Sequence record: NC_028957.1
Origin: Escherichia phage vB_EcoM_VR26
DNA length: 64,000 bases
Direction: 5' to 3' (one strand)
Below the pieces are notes generated by a model. It was not told the DNA's origin. It did not search any database and saw nothing but the letters and a program-made list of their open reading frames with translations. Both the position numbers and the translations under genes were made by a program. Shown here piece by piece: positions 17,780 through 28,236 of the stretch (the first letter of the stretch is position 1; the number at the start of each line of letters is the position of its first letter).

Positions 17780-19279
17780 ATGGATATCAAAATCAACTTT
17801 TTAAATTTTAGTCATGTACATGTTGAATGTGAAGATAGTATCTTCTATGAACTCCGTGACTATTTCAGTTTTGAAGCCGAAAACTATCGGTTTAACCCTA
17901 AATTCAAAGCGGGAGTTTGGGACGGACGTATCCGTCTCCTGGATTATAACCGTAAATTACCGTACGGCTTAGTTAACCAGATTAAAAAATTCGCTGACCA
18001 GTTTGGTTATTCATTTTGGATTGACCCTCAAATCACCGAGAAAGAGGAAATCTCCCGTGTGGATTTCGATAAATGGGTCGAGTCAAAAGAAATCTATTCA
18101 GGCCATACCAAGATTACTCCCCATTGGTACCAAACAGACGCCGTATACGATGGTCTGGTCAACAGAAGAAAGATATTGAACTTACCTACGTCTGCAGGTA
18201 AAAGCCTCATCCAGGCGCTTCTGGCGCGATATTATCTCGAGAACTATGAAGGCAAGGTTCTTATCCTTGTACCTACAACTGCGCTCGTTGACCAGATGAT
18301 TAATGACTTTGTTGATTATAGATTGTTCCCTCGAGAAGCTTGTCTCGGTATCCGTTCCGGAACTAAACGTGATTCGGATGCAATGATTTATGTGTCTACT
18401 TATCAGACGGCAGTAAAACAACCTAAAGAATGGTTTTCACAGTTCGGTCAGTTTATGAATGATGAATGCCATATGGCTACTGGTAAATCTATTTCGACTG
18501 TTATCGAAGGCCTGACTAATTGTATGTTTAAATTTGGTCTCTCTGGTTCTCTCCGTGACGGCAAAGCAAACCTTATGCAATATATGGGTCTGTTTGGTGA
18601 TATCTTTAAACCAGTATCCACATCCCAATTAATGGATGAAGGACAAGTTACTGACCTTAAGATAAATAGTATTTTCCTTCGATATCCTGATGAATTCACC
18701 GTTAAAATGAAAGGCAAATCTTATCAAGATGAAATCAAGGTAATTACAAAAGCTACGCGTAGAAATAAATGGGTAACAAACCTTGCACTCAAGCTTGCTA
18801 AAAAAGATGAAAACGTCTTTTTGATGTTTAAGAATATCGAGCACGGTAAATCGATGTTTGAAATGCTTAAGGAAGCTGGTCATGAGAATGTGTATTATGT
18901 TTCCGGGGAAGTTGATACAGAAACACGTAACGCATTAAAGGTCATGGCAGAAAATGGAAAGGGAATTATCGTTGTAGCTTCATACGGTGTATTCTCGACG
19001 GGGATTTCCGTTAAAAACCTCCATCATATTATTTTCGCTCATCCGGTCAAGTCAAAGGTAATTGTACTCCAGACAATTGGTCGTGTACTTCGAAAACATG
19101 AATCCAAATCGACCGCAAACGTGTGGGACATCGTGGACGACATGGGGGTTAAACCCAAATCAGCAAACGCTAAAAAGAAATATGTTCACTTGAACTTTGC
19201 ACTGAAACATGCATTAGAGCGTATTCAGCGGTATGCAGACGAAAAATTCAATTATATCATTAAACAGGTGGAAATATAA
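17780..19279 (+). CDS. uvsW: UvsW RNA-DNA / DNA-DNA helicase
   Basis: 499 aa; Walker A LPTSAGKS, DECH box (MNDECH); T4 UvsW-like size and position. Confidence 0.93.
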   Translation: MDIKINFLNFSHVHVECEDSIFYELRDYFSFEAENYRFNPKFKAGVWDGRIRLLDYNRKLPYGLVNQIKKFADQFGYSFWIDPQITEKEEISRVDFDKWVESKEIYSGHTKITPHWYQTDAVYDGLVNRRKILNLPTSAGKSLIQALLARYYLENYEGKVLILVPTTALVDQMINDFVDYRLFPREACLGIRSGTKRDSDAMIYVSTYQTAVKQPKEWFSQFGQFMNDECHMATGKSISTVIEGLTNCMFKFGLSGSLRDGKANLMQYMGLFGDIFKPVSTSQLMDEGQVTDLKINSIFLRYPDEFTVKMKGKSYQDEIKVITKATRRNKWVTNLALKLAKKDENVFLMFKNIEHGKSMFEMLKEAGHENVYYVSGEVDTETRNALKVMAENGKGIIVVASYGVFSTGISVKNLHHIIFAHPVKSKVIVLQTIGRVLRKHESKSTANVWDIVDDMGVKPKSANAKKKYVHLNFALKHALERIQRYADEKFNYIIKQVEI

Positions 19280-19506
19280 TGAAGTCATTTGAAGAAATTA
19301 TGTATGAAGCGGCAATTGAAAGCTTCATGTCTAAGATAGGTTCTTGTCAGACCATGGACGGTCTGAAGGAGCTGGAAGGTTATTATAAAAAGCGCAGTAA
19401 AGAAGCTGAATTGAAAGATTCCGATGATATCAGTGTTCGCGATGCTCTAGCAGGTAAACGTGCCGAGCTTGAAGATATGGACGACGAAGAAGACGAAGAT
19501 TTCTAA
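19279..19506 (+). CDS. uvsW.1: UvsW.1 small acidic protein
   Basis: 75 aa, ATG overlapping uvsW stop, acidic C-terminus as in T4 UvsW.1. Confidence 0.75.
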   Translation: MKSFEEIMYEAAIESFMSKIGSCQTMDGLKELEGYYKKRSKEAELKDSDDISVRDALAGKRAELEDMDDEEDEDF

Positions 19507-19508
19507 AT

Positions 19509-19535
19509 AAAAAGGCCCCAACCAAAAAGGAAGGG
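19509..19535 (-). terminator. Putative hairpin terminator (GCCCC...GGGGC)
   Basis: 5-bp GC stem with T-run on minus strand downstream of small minus-strand gene. Confidence 0.35.
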
Positions 19536-19563
19536 GCAAAACCAAAATGGTTAACAACACTAG

Positions 19564-19731
19564 CTAAATTAAAAGTTGGGTCTCGTTCAGTTGCTCTTGA
19601 GTATTTTCCGTAACTGGCAAACTCTGAACATAATTATAACAGGCGCCCGGATGCACCGGACCTTGGTCTGTATCCACAACCAATGCAGAATCGATTGGAG
19701 TTTTACAGACAACACAAATCTTATCTGACAT
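19564..19731 (-). CDS. Small Cys-containing protein (below ORF-track cutoff)
   Basis: 55-aa ORF MSDKICVVCKTPIDS...HPGACYNY with CxxC; GAGGAG Shine-Dalgarno 6 nt upstream of ATG. Confidence 0.45.
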   Translation of the reverse strand: MSDKICVVCKTPIDSALVVDTDQGPVHPGACYNYVQSLPVTENTQEQLNETQLLI

Positions 19732-19759
19732 GATTGTCTCCTCAGTTAAACTTACATAT

Positions 19760-19870
19760 CTATTTAGTGCTCTTCATTGCTGTGGCTTTTGCTTTCAATT
19801 CATTAACAATTTTGGTTATTCGGTTTGCAGAGATAACCATCTCGTCAAGAATCTTACTAATATTTTTCAT
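19760..19870 (-). CDS. Possible micro-ORF (36 aa)
   Basis: ATG immediately after stop of upstream gene; MKNISKILDEMVISANRITKIVNELKAKATAMKSTK; weak support. Confidence 0.25.
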   Translation of the reverse strand: MKNISKILDEMVISANRITKIVNELKAKATAMKSTK

Positions 19871-20104
19871 TTAACTTTCCTTAAAGTATCTCATACCAGT
19901 ATCTATCCCCATATTGTGAGAATAGAATGCATCATCGATGTATCCCGCAAATTTACCTTTAACATAGATAACATCTTCACCACAAGGGTGGTCAGCGCAG
20001 ATACGAATATCTGCACGATTCAATTTCCATTCCTTCATCATATACTTAATTTCTTCTTCGAACTCTTCGTCTTGGTTAAACGCATCGTCGATAGAATATC
20101 GCAT
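19871..20104 (-). CDS. Hypothetical protein (uvsY.-1/-2 position)
   Basis: 77-aa ORF, ATG start overlapping uvsY stop. Confidence 0.5.
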   Translation of the reverse strand: MRYSIDDAFNQDEEFEEEIKYMMKEWKLNRADIRICADHPCGEDVIYVKGKFAGYIDDAFYSHNMGIDTGMRYFKES

Positions 20105-20538
20105 TACTTGCCTGCCTCGAATTGTCTTATTTCTAACATATGTTTAAGCGCGAAACTTCTCGACTTAACACCATCTAATGCAGCGCTACAGAAGTCCTGG
20201 AGCAGTGCCCAATATTGAATTGAAGTATCAATCTTAAGCACGCTTGAATCTGCGGCCATAACTGTTTTCAATTCTGACTTCTCGTACACATCCATGCATA
20301 CTTCTTCCCCTGGGTCACCCCTTCCCGTATAATGGTCTAGTCGTTTTTTCAGTGCAGTTTTCTTCTGAATCTCAAGACGCATTATTTCTTTCTTGCAGTT
20401 GGTATACAATCTCAACCATTTGCTATGCAACAAAACGTTGTTTTGTGTTTCATATTGAATTTGTGTACCATCAATTTTTAAATCTGCATCCAACTCATCC
20501 TGAAATACTTCCAACTTATATTCAATCTCTGTTTTCAT
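20104..20538 (-). CDS. uvsY: UvsY recombination mediator protein
   Basis: C-terminal region near-identical to remembered T4 UvsY (KWL...KKEIMRLE.QKK.ALK.RLD.Y.GRGD...KSRSFALKH...FEAGK); start moved to internal ATG (MKTEIEYK) because track start overlaps the promoter -10. Confidence 0.88.
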   Translation of the reverse strand: MKTEIEYKLEVFQDELDADLKIDGTQIQYETQNNVLLHSKWLRLYTNCKKEIMRLEIQKKTALKKRLDHYTGRGDPGEEVCMDVYEKSELKTVMAADSSVLKIDTSIQYWALLQDFCSAALDGVKSRSFALKHMLEIRQFEAGK

Positions 20539-20566
20539 AATGTATCCAATGTAAGGGTCTAGAACC

Positions 20567-20592
20567 ATTATACAGCCATAAAATTAAAGCAT
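20567..20592 (-). promoter_or_regulatory. T4 middle promoter (MotA box ATGCTTTA, 12-nt spacer, -10 TATAAT) for uvsY
   Basis: Minus strand aTGCTTtAattttatggctgTATAAT; T4 PuvsY is a classical MotA-dependent promoter. Confidence 0.65.
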
Positions 20593-20981
20593 TAACCGTT
20601 TTGACTTAACTGAATCCTGATTTGTTCGAGGGTGTCAGGGTCATCAACAATGCTGAACTGAACCGTTACGATGATGGAGTTATCATCATACATAGGGACA
20701 ACCGCAACCTGCAGATTGCTTATCCTTGGTTCAAAGTTCCGCACAGCGGAGACGATGTTGCGTTTAATGGTATCTGTGATTAATGGTGTGATATTCTCAA
20801 AAAGCTGATTACTTATATCACATCCAAATTCAGGCATAAAAGGCCTTGACCCTTTTCTTGTGGTGATTATTCCCAGAAGACTGTTCTTAACAGACCTTGC
20901 ACCAGTTACTTTAGCAACGTCTTTATCCCAACTTGTAGATAAGTCGGGAGACACATCGCTATACATTTTGTTTATATTCAT
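20592..20981 (-). CDS. 25: Baseplate wedge protein gp25
   Basis: 129 aa; MNINKMYSD...TRKGSRPFMPEFGCD... close to remembered T4 gp25. Confidence 0.9.
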   Translation of the reverse strand: MNINKMYSDVSPDLSTSWDKDVAKVTGARSVKNSLLGIITTRKGSRPFMPEFGCDISNQLFENITPLITDTIKRNIVSAVRNFEPRISNLQVAVVPMYDDNSIIVTVQFSIVDDPDTLEQIRIQLSQNG

Positions 20982-21605
20982 TTACATAAACTTAAAGAAT
21001 TCTTTAAGCCCCTTAATTACATGGACAGAATGCGCTCCACACTCACAAGAGATAGGAATAGCCATTTGGACCTGTGGCTTGAGAAGTTCTTCCGTTAGTG
21101 CATTGATATCATCGAGGGTAATTGCATTGTACAGGTCCTCGATTTCGGCCTCATTTAAGTCATCAACAACGATGCGCTCGCCGCCTTCCGTGATAATATA
21201 TTCAATGCAACAAGCAATCATTTTTCCTTTATCACCGTCTTCAAACAGTCCAGGATAACGGAATTTAATTTTAAACGACCCGAAATCACGAATAACTTCA
21301 GACTCGTCCACGATGCTCGCGCGGCTTATTGTCACAGGAATGTCTTGTTCCTTTCCGCACTCACATACCCATGTATGCTCGACGTTAACAGCTCCGAGAC
21401 TATTTGCCCAGAGATTAATAAGAAGCAACTCGGCTTCCTGTTTGTTTAACCCTTTAGCATCAGTGCATTTATTAAGCAGTTCAATTATTGCAGGTTCCAT
21501 ACGCTTTTCTAATTTTGCCTGAAGCAAATCTTTATATTCGCGCAAGGTAAAAGCCCTACAATTTATAGTTTTATTTTTAATTTGGACAATAAATTCATAA
21601 GTCAT
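20982..21605 (-). CDS. 26: Baseplate hub protein gp26
   Basis: 207 aa from internal ATG (T4 gp26 about 208 aa); track start is TTG inside the promoter. Confidence 0.8.
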   Translation of the reverse strand: MTYEFIVQIKNKTINCRAFTLREYKDLLQAKLEKRMEPAIIELLNKCTDAKGLNKQEAELLLINLWANSLGAVNVEHTWVCECGKEQDIPVTISRASIVDESEVIRDFGSFKIKFRYPGLFEDGDKGKMIACCIEYIITEGGERIVVDDLNEAEIEDLYNAITLDDINALTEELLKPQVQMAIPISCECGAHSVHVIKGLKEFFKFM

Positions 21606-21622
21606 AATTTGCTCCTTTACTG

Positions 21623-21630
21623 TATTTATA
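21623..21630 (-). promoter_or_regulatory. Late promoter TATAAATA (minus) for gene 26
   Basis: Part of palindromic TATTTATAAATA shared with gene 51 promoter. Confidence 0.6.
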
Positions 21631-21634
21631 AATA
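21627..21634 (+). promoter_or_regulatory. Late promoter TATAAATA (plus) for gene 51
   Basis: Overlapping divergent late promoters as in T4 26/51. Confidence 0.6.
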
Positions 21635-21658
21635 TCAATAAAGATAAAAGGGGATTCT

Positions 21659-22411
21659 ATGGCCAATATCGTAAGATGTGAAATGCCAGACGGAGTTCAT
21701 CGTTTCAAACCGTTTACAGTCGCTGATTACCGTGATTTACTGCTTGTGCGAAACGACATGAACAACAAACCCGTCGAAGAACAAAAACAATTATTAGACG
21801 AACTGTTGGAAGATTATTTTGGAGAATATCCGAAAGCATGGAGACCTTACATATTCCTGAAGGTATTCACTTCCTCTATCGGTAAGACAAAAGTCCCGGT
21901 AGCGTTCGAATGTCAAAAATGTAAAAAGACAAAGCAGACTTTGTTTAACATGAGTCAAGGCCCATTGATAAATCCAACGATGGAAACTGCCGGGATAAAA
22001 ATACAATTTAAGTTCCCTGAAGTGGAATATAAAGATAAGTCGGAGCTTGTTCTAAACACCATCCAGACTGTCGAAGACTCGGAACAAAAGTACAATTGGG
22101 AAGACCTCCCTGAAGAAACGAAGATGCAAGTTATCGATGCAATTGATATAGAAAGTCTCGAAGAGCTCCTTAAGAAAATGCACTCGATTTATCTTCCATT
22201 TACATATGGTTGCTGCGAAAAACACAAAACCGAATATACAGACTTGATTGATGTCTTTAAGCTTATCCTTAACCCGGATGAAGTCTTTGTATTTTATCAA
22301 ATTAACCACTTGCTGGTAAAGAACCAATATACGCTGGATAGCATCATGCACATGATTCCTATTGAACGAGGTATTGCTTTATCACTAGTTGAGAAGGACT
22401 TGAAAAAATGA
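21659..22411 (+). CDS. 51: Baseplate hub assembly catalyst gp51
   Basis: 250 aa (T4 gp51 249 aa); Cys-rich; divergent from gene 26. Confidence 0.85.
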   Translation: MANIVRCEMPDGVHRFKPFTVADYRDLLLVRNDMNNKPVEEQKQLLDELLEDYFGEYPKAWRPYIFLKVFTSSIGKTKVPVAFECQKCKKTKQTLFNMSQGPLINPTMETAGIKIQFKFPEVEYKDKSELVLNTIQTVEDSEQKYNWEDLPEETKMQVIDAIDIESLEELLKKMHSIYLPFTYGCCEKHKTEYTDLIDVFKLILNPDEVFVFYQINHLLVKNQYTLDSIMHMIPIERGIALSLVEKDLKK

Positions 22412-23577
22412 CAGTTAAATCTATGCAGCGTGAAGGCTTTCCTAATATCAGCATCCGCCTTTATGAAGATTATGATGCGTGGCTTGAACACCGTTTTGTA
22501 GAACTAGCCGCCACCTTTACAACGTTAACCATGCGTGATTCCCTTTATGGAAGAAACGAGGGGTTGTTGCAATTCTACGATACGAAAAACCTGCATACAA
22601 AAATGAATGGTGAACAGGTTATTCAGATTTCTGTTAAGAATGCCAACTCTGACCGAACCCAATCCAGAATATATGGAAGCAAACACTTTGCAGTTTCTGT
22701 GGATTCAAAGGGTGATAACATAATTACAATTCAACTGGCACCTATTCACGAAATTGAAGACCTGAAATTTAGTCGTATGTTTTACCCGAGTGTACAAGAA
22801 ACATTAGTCGAAATGACCGGGGTAATTTATCAAGACAGGCCCTTACTTGCTCCTCCTATAAACGGAATCAACGTTTATGCTCCTAATGTTCCATGGTGTG
22901 ATTCGATGAACCAATATATGGAATTCATAAGGGAAGTGGGTCTTGCAGTTGAGTCTGATAAATTTGTATTTGTGTGGGAAGATATTGATGGCATCAGTAT
23001 CCAGGATTATGAGTGGTTAACTGCACAAGAGCCAATTAACTTTGTCGTAGGGGAACCTCGATTGATTGGTCAGTTTGTGCAAAACCTCGATGCTCCGTTA
23101 GCCTTCGATTTTGAATGGTTAACAAAGGCAAACCAACACACAAGAAAACCATATGAAAACGCAACCGTGTATGCGCATTCATTCCTTGACAAGAACGCAA
23201 CCAGAATAACTTTTGGGGAAGGTCAAAACAGTATTCTGGTATCTCGTTCCGGGGGCTATTCGGATTACACGTACCGAAATGGTTTCGAGGAAGCACAACG
23301 ATTAATAACCATGTCTCAGTATGACGGTTACGCACATTGCAAAACGTACGGGAACTTTGAATTAACCCCGGGTGATAAGATAAATTTCTTTGACCCTAAG
23401 AACCAATTCAAATATGATTTTTACGTAGACGAAGTTATTCATGAAGTGAGTAACAATACATCAATTACAAACCTCTATATGTTTACCAATGGTAAGCCTA
23501 TCGAAGTTGAAGAACCACCGAAGGTTAAAAATGAACTTAAAACTGATTCTGCCGACGAAGAAAATACAGCTGGGTGA
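22408..23577 (+). CDS. 27: Baseplate hub subunit gp27
   Basis: 389 aa (T4 gp27 391 aa); synteny. Confidence 0.9.
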   Translation: MTVKSMQREGFPNISIRLYEDYDAWLEHRFVELAATFTTLTMRDSLYGRNEGLLQFYDTKNLHTKMNGEQVIQISVKNANSDRTQSRIYGSKHFAVSVDSKGDNIITIQLAPIHEIEDLKFSRMFYPSVQETLVEMTGVIYQDRPLLAPPINGINVYAPNVPWCDSMNQYMEFIREVGLAVESDKFVFVWEDIDGISIQDYEWLTAQEPINFVVGEPRLIGQFVQNLDAPLAFDFEWLTKANQHTRKPYENATVYAHSFLDKNATRITFGEGQNSILVSRSGGYSDYTYRNGFEEAQRLITMSQYDGYAHCKTYGNFELTPGDKINFFDPKNQFKYDFYVDEVIHEVSNNTSITNLYMFTNGKPIEVEEPPKVKNELKTDSADEENTAG

Positions 23578-24049
23578 TAAAGAGATTCATGTACCCAAGC
23601 TTGGGCTTAAGCATCACAATCTGATTAAAAACGAGGCCAACCCTTACGCTGCATTAAGAAAGGTTATGCAATCGATATTCCCTAATCTTACAGCAGCCGA
23701 ATCCGACTTTGTATCCTTACATCTTCTGGAATTCAATGGTAAGCTAAAAGACAAACGCGAGATTAACGGATTTACATATAAGCTGGATGATGTTTATATC
23801 TGTCAACGTCTTGAATTCTCTTATCAAGGAAAGACATTTAAATTCCGCTCGAATAAACCGTATGAAGAATTTGGGCCAGTTGACAATCTTCTGGAGACTC
23901 TTTATCTCGGGGAAGATGTTCCAGACTTTCTGGATATGCCTGCTTTTGTTGCTAAGTGGGCAGACGATATCACAAGCACATTAGCAATCCCGGGCCCGAA
24001 TGGTCCTGTTAAGGGGTTACTGAAAATAATGGAACTCCTAAATGAATAA
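23531..24049 (+). CDS. 28: Baseplate hub distal subunit gp28
   Basis: 172 aa from internal ATG ([11 protein letters not shown]); T4 gp28 177 aa; alternative start 23489; overlaps gp27 3-prime end. Confidence 0.75.
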   Translation: MNLKLILPTKKIQLGDKEIHVPKLGLKHHNLIKNEANPYAALRKVMQSIFPNLTAAESDFVSLHLLEFNGKLKDKREINGFTYKLDDVYICQRLEFSYQGKTFKFRSNKPYEEFGPVDNLLETLYLGEDVPDFLDMPAFVAKWADDITSTLAIPGPNGPVKGLLKIMELLNE

Positions 24050-25787
24050 GAACTCCGAACAAACGAGCTTCAGACGCGGTGGACCGAATAAAAAGCTTAT
24101 CGAAGAATTAGCACCACAAAGGAGGGCGGAAGCCCTCTCTGCTGAACAGAATGATGAACTATCGAATCTGAATACGACTCTTACAAATACTCAGGCTGCG
24201 ACCGAACTTGTATCGGAAGCTATTGAGGATAAGGGTAATCAGATTATCGAGAATATCCAAACCAATAATGGAGTCCTCCAGGATATCAGTGCTGGGGTCG
24301 AACTGACGGCTGAAGCCACCGAGAAGACTCAACAAGGGATTAAAAACCTCACGGATATTCTCTCGGATAAGCTCGACAAACTCAGTGCAATGATAAGCGG
24401 TAAAATAGGCGTCACGTCTCCTGTGGCTGGTTCTGAAAGCCTTAAACCCGTTGAGGATGCATTACCAGAGCCTGAAGAGAATAAGCCTACAGCGAGCGTT
24501 CCAGCGCTTATACCACCCGAAGAACAAAAGCCAGATGCAGACTTCATACCGGAACCGGAGCAGCCAAAGAATGATGCAGAAGGTAAAGAGACTAACACTT
24601 GGTCTCTCGGCGATAAGCTTGACACTCTTTCGAAGATAACCGAAAAAGGATTTAAGGCATCGGTTTCTGTAGCCGACCGAATCTCAGGGATGTTGTTCAA
24701 ATACACAATAACTGCGGCAGCTGAAGCAGCTAAATTAATAGGCGGATTATTGTTGTTGGTATTCGGCATCGATGCAATACGAGTTTACTTCCAGTATTTC
24801 ATGAAGCAATTCGAAAAAGGATGGGTCGAATTTAATGATAAGTTCAAAGAATGGGGGCCATTACTCGAAGGATTAATGACTTGGGCGAAGAATGCTGAAG
24901 CTATGTTTAGTGAAAGAAATTGGCTTGGCCTGGCAGAAGCTATTATCCGTGGAATGGTTAACTTAACGAAGAATATGGCTCAACTTCTTATGCTTGGTAT
25001 TTCAAAATTAATCTCGGCTATCTTAAGTAAAATCCCCGGGATGGGTGACCTAGCAGATAATGTGGAAGCCTCTGCGTTGATGTCTTATCAGCAAAACACG
25101 GGCGCAACCCTTGATGATGAAGACCAAACAAAGATAGCTAAGTATCATGATAAACGTTCGGCCGAAGCAATGAAAACTGCGGAGAAGATGAATAAGAAGT
25201 ATAAGGATAAACCTGAACTGATTAATCAAGCCGAAAAATATGGCAACCTTACCAAGGAACAAGCTGACCAGCTTCGTGCAGGTGGTATTGACACAAGCTT
25301 CAGAGACCTTCCAGAAGAAGAACGTCTGGACTATTTCAAGAAGCGTGATAAAACCCAAGCCGATATTATTCGTTTAACCCAGACTGCAGATAACTTAATG
25401 AAGCCAGATGCAACCGATAAAAAGAATGCTGAAGCCTCGTATAAAGCAATCCAGGAACAGTTGGCTGACCCGGTTATGTCAAAAGGTGGAGCTCCGAAAG
25501 ACCTTAATATGCGTGCTCTCCTGGAAAAACTCGATAAGTCTCTTGAGAAGTTCAAAGACGAACCGAAAGTTAAACCACCTGATGTTAAGACTTCTCCGGA
25601 CGCACAACAAGCCGCGAAGGTCGACGAAGGCATGAAGGCCAAAGAAAATAAATACAAGGATGCACCGGCTCAGGCACAAATTAACACGGTCAATAATATT
25701 CAGAAGACTTCAAGGACGCAATACAATATGCCTCCTCAAAGTTCAACCCCTGCCCCTGGCATGAGACAGGCCACGAGAATTAACTAA
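24042..25787 (+). CDS. 29: Baseplate hub / tail length determinator gp29
   Basis: 581 aa (T4 gp29 590 aa); synteny. Confidence 0.88.
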   Translation: MNKNSEQTSFRRGGPNKKLIEELAPQRRAEALSAEQNDELSNLNTTLTNTQAATELVSEAIEDKGNQIIENIQTNNGVLQDISAGVELTAEATEKTQQGIKNLTDILSDKLDKLSAMISGKIGVTSPVAGSESLKPVEDALPEPEENKPTASVPALIPPEEQKPDADFIPEPEQPKNDAEGKETNTWSLGDKLDTLSKITEKGFKASVSVADRISGMLFKYTITAAAEAAKLIGGLLLLVFGIDAIRVYFQYFMKQFEKGWVEFNDKFKEWGPLLEGLMTWAKNAEAMFSERNWLGLAEAIIRGMVNLTKNMAQLLMLGISKLISAILSKIPGMGDLADNVEASALMSYQQNTGATLDDEDQTKIAKYHDKRSAEAMKTAEKMNKKYKDKPELINQAEKYGNLTKEQADQLRAGGIDTSFRDLPEEERLDYFKKRDKTQADIIRLTQTADNLMKPDATDKKNAEASYKAIQEQLADPVMSKGGAPKDLNMRALLEKLDKSLEKFKDEPKVKPPDVKTSPDAQQAAKVDEGMKAKENKYKDAPAQAQINTVNNIQKTSRTQYNMPPQSSTPAPGMRQATRIN

Positions 25788-25795
25788 GGAATAAC

Positions 25796-26896
25796 ATGAA
25801 AGTAAAAGAACTCGATTTCGATTTAGATATTGCGGGTTTATTTAACGGAGGTTCTAAGACCTCCGCTGGGCAGTCAAAAGCTGCCCAGACTCAAGCTACT
25901 ATTGTGGCGCAATATCCAGCAGAACGAGCTTCCGGTAATGATTCTTCAGATGATATGCGAGTTAATGACCTTTATAAAAATGGTCTGTTATTCACGGCAT
26001 ACAATTTCAGTTCAAGAACATCTCCGGAATTACGCTCAGACCGGTCAAGCCAATTGACTTCATTAAAGAAAGTTTCCAATGGTGCTTCATTTAACCCAGT
26101 TAAAAGTTTAACATCTTTTGCTAAATCAAAATTAACCGGCTCCGGTTCAACAGGTAAAAGTTTTGATTCGAACGCTGTTGCAAATATCCTGTTGCCTCGT
26201 TCAAAGTCTGATGTAGAATCCGTATCGCATCGATTCAACGATGTTGGCGAATCTCTTATTACGAAAGGCGGCGGCTCAGCTACGGGTATTCTTAGTAACA
26301 TCGCATCGACCGCAGTTTTTGGCGCGCTCGAATCAGTTACAAACGGTGTAATGGCCGACCATGGCGAACAGATTTACACAACGGCAAGAAGCATGTATGC
26401 TGGTCCGGATAACAGGACAAAAGTTTACACATGGGAAATGACTCCACGTAGCGCGCAAGACTTAATCCAGATAGTGAAGATATACGAGATTTTCAACTAT
26501 TATTCTTATGGTGAAACCGGTAAAAGCTCCTTTGCTTCCGAGCTGAAAGATAAAATCGATACGTGGTATAAATCCACCTTCAAAAAGGAAGCAATCGATA
26601 ACTTTGACGGTAAGTTGCTCGGTGAAGAGATAACAAGCTTCTTAACGAACGTTCTGGTGGTCTCTAACCCTACTATCTGGTATATCCGTAACTTCGGTGA
26701 TACAAGCTCATACGATGGCCGTGGGGAGCTATTTGGGCCATGTCAGATTCAGAGCATAAGATTCGATAAATCTCCGGATGGTCATTTCGGTGGATTAGCT
26801 ATTGCTCCTAACCTGCCATCGACTTTTGTACTTGAAATCACTTTCCGTGAAATCATTACGCTTAACCGTGGCTCATTATATGCGGAAGGTTTCTAA
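25796..26896 (+). CDS. 48: Baseplate tail tube cap gp48
   Basis: 366 aa (T4 gp48 364 aa); synteny. Confidence 0.88.
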   Translation: MKVKELDFDLDIAGLFNGGSKTSAGQSKAAQTQATIVAQYPAERASGNDSSDDMRVNDLYKNGLLFTAYNFSSRTSPELRSDRSSQLTSLKKVSNGASFNPVKSLTSFAKSKLTGSGSTGKSFDSNAVANILLPRSKSDVESVSHRFNDVGESLITKGGGSATGILSNIASTAVFGALESVTNGVMADHGEQIYTTARSMYAGPDNRTKVYTWEMTPRSAQDLIQIVKIYEIFNYYSYGETGKSSFASELKDKIDTWYKSTFKKEAIDNFDGKLLGEEITSFLTNVLVVSNPTIWYIRNFGDTSSYDGRGELFGPCQIQSIRFDKSPDGHFGGLAIAPNLPSTFVLEITFREIITLNRGSLYAEGF

Positions 26897-27855
26897 TGTT
26901 TACTTTACAAGAATTTCAAACACAAGCGATTAATATCGACTTGCAGAGGAATAACCTTTTTAGCGTGGTCTTCGCGACCGCGCCTTCCTCTAAATCTCAG
27001 AATCTTCTGGACCAGTTCGGTGGTGCATTATTCAGCAACCTTCCTGTTAACTCGGATTGGTTTGGTTTAACGCAAGGCGACTTAACCCAGGGAATAACAA
27101 CTCTTGTTACTGCAGGAACTCAAAAGCTTATTCGTAAATCAGGAATAAGCAAATATCTTATCGGGGCAATGAGTAACCGTGTTGTGCAATCATTATTAGG
27201 GGAATTTGAGGTTGGTACTTACCTGCTTGATTTCTTTAATATGGCTTATCCAACGGCCGGGCTATTAGTTCACTCCGTTAAGCTTCCGGACAACACATTG
27301 AACTACGAAATGGACCTTAACCATAACGCGCCAAATATCAAGATAACAGGGAGAGAATATTCTCCGTTGGTATTAAGCTTTAGAATGGATTCAGAGGCAG
27401 GGAACTTCAGAGCATTTAACGATTGGGTCAACTCTGTACAGGACCCAGTTACCCAGCTAAGGGCTTTGCCTGAAGATGTTGAAGCAGATATTCAGGTCAA
27501 CCTTCACTCACGTAATGGATTGCCACACACGGTTGTTATGTTAACTGGTTGTGTTCCTGTAAGTGTATCTGCACCTGAATTGAGTTATGAAGGGGATAAT
27601 CAGATAGCTACATTTGATGTGACTTTTGCTTATCGCGTTATGTCAACTGGGGCGGTGGGAAGAAATGCTGCATTAGAATGGTTAGAAGATAAGGTTATTA
27701 AGGGTGTATCTGGTATTAGTTCAGATAACAACTTGAACGCAGAAGTTGCCAAATTGAGTCGCCTGTCTGGTGCCCAATCTGGATTAACAAGTCTGTACAA
27801 TACGTTCACTGGTTCCGGGAGAGCAATCTCTGGTGGAAGTCAACGTATATTATAA
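26896..27855 (+). CDS. 54: Baseplate tail tube initiator gp54
   Basis: 319 aa; near-identical stretches to remembered T4 gp54 (SKYLIGAMSNRVVQSLLGEFEVGTYLLDFFNMAYP). Confidence 0.92.
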   Translation: MFTLQEFQTQAINIDLQRNNLFSVVFATAPSSKSQNLLDQFGGALFSNLPVNSDWFGLTQGDLTQGITTLVTAGTQKLIRKSGISKYLIGAMSNRVVQSLLGEFEVGTYLLDFFNMAYPTAGLLVHSVKLPDNTLNYEMDLNHNAPNIKITGREYSPLVLSFRMDSEAGNFRAFNDWVNSVQDPVTQLRALPEDVEADIQVNLHSRNGLPHTVVMLTGCVPVSVSAPELSYEGDNQIATFDVTFAYRVMSTGAVGRNAALEWLEDKVIKGVSGISSDNNLNAEVAKLSRLSGAQSGLTSLYNTFTGSGRAISGGSQRIL

Positions 27856-27861
27856 AAAGAA

Positions 27862-27885
27862 AGGGACCCGAAGGTCCCTTTTTTA
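27862..27885. terminator. Bidirectional terminator after gene 54
   Basis: AGGGACC-cgaa-GGTCCCT hairpin followed by TTTTTT. Confidence 0.75.
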
Positions 27886-28173
27886 TTTGCGGAATGAAAT
27901 GAAACCTGCTACAGTCATTACAGCTTCTTTCTTAACAAAGACTGTAATCGCAATTGGCGCTTCAGATTCAAGCTGTCCAGTTACTATACCATTAAAAATA
28001 TTTTCTGTTTGTTCAGAATTTACAAAGTTTTCAACAGGGCGAAGGTCAAACTTCTTATCTTCACCAAACACGCGGCGCAATTCATTACCCACCGCGCTGT
28101 CAAACTCTTCTGAAGCTGGGATAACATTCTCAACTACCAGTTCCTGACCATTAAAGCGAAAAGATGATTTCAT
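27883..28173 (-). CDS. Hypothetical protein (alt.-1 position)
   Basis: 96 aa from internal ATG with GAGGA Shine-Dalgarno; track start lies inside the promoter -10. Confidence 0.5.
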   Translation of the reverse strand: MKSSFRFNGQELVVENVIPASEEFDSAVGNELRRVFGEDKKFDLRPVENFVNSEQTENIFNGIVTGQLESEAPIAITVFVKKEAVMTVAGFISFRK

Positions 28174-28204
28174 TTTGTTTTCCTCATGTGCAATTGATAT
28201 GAAC

Positions 28205-28234
28205 ATTGTATCGCACTTCCTTGTGCTTGTAAAC
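28205..28234 (-). promoter_or_regulatory. Early-type promoter (GTTTAC-N18-TACAAT)
   Basis: Minus-strand -35/-10 upstream of 27883..28173. Confidence 0.45.
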
Positions 28235-28236
28235 CC

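Noticed and set aside
19730-20218. 162-aa plus-strand ORF
   Set aside because: Overlaps three minus-strand genes including the conserved uvsY 3-prime region; no Shine-Dalgarno; hydrophobic low-complexity product
23489-23530. Longer gp28 start at 23489 (186 aa)
   Set aside because: Would overlap gene 27 by 89 nt and add 14 residues absent from T4 gp28; internal ATG preferred but not certain
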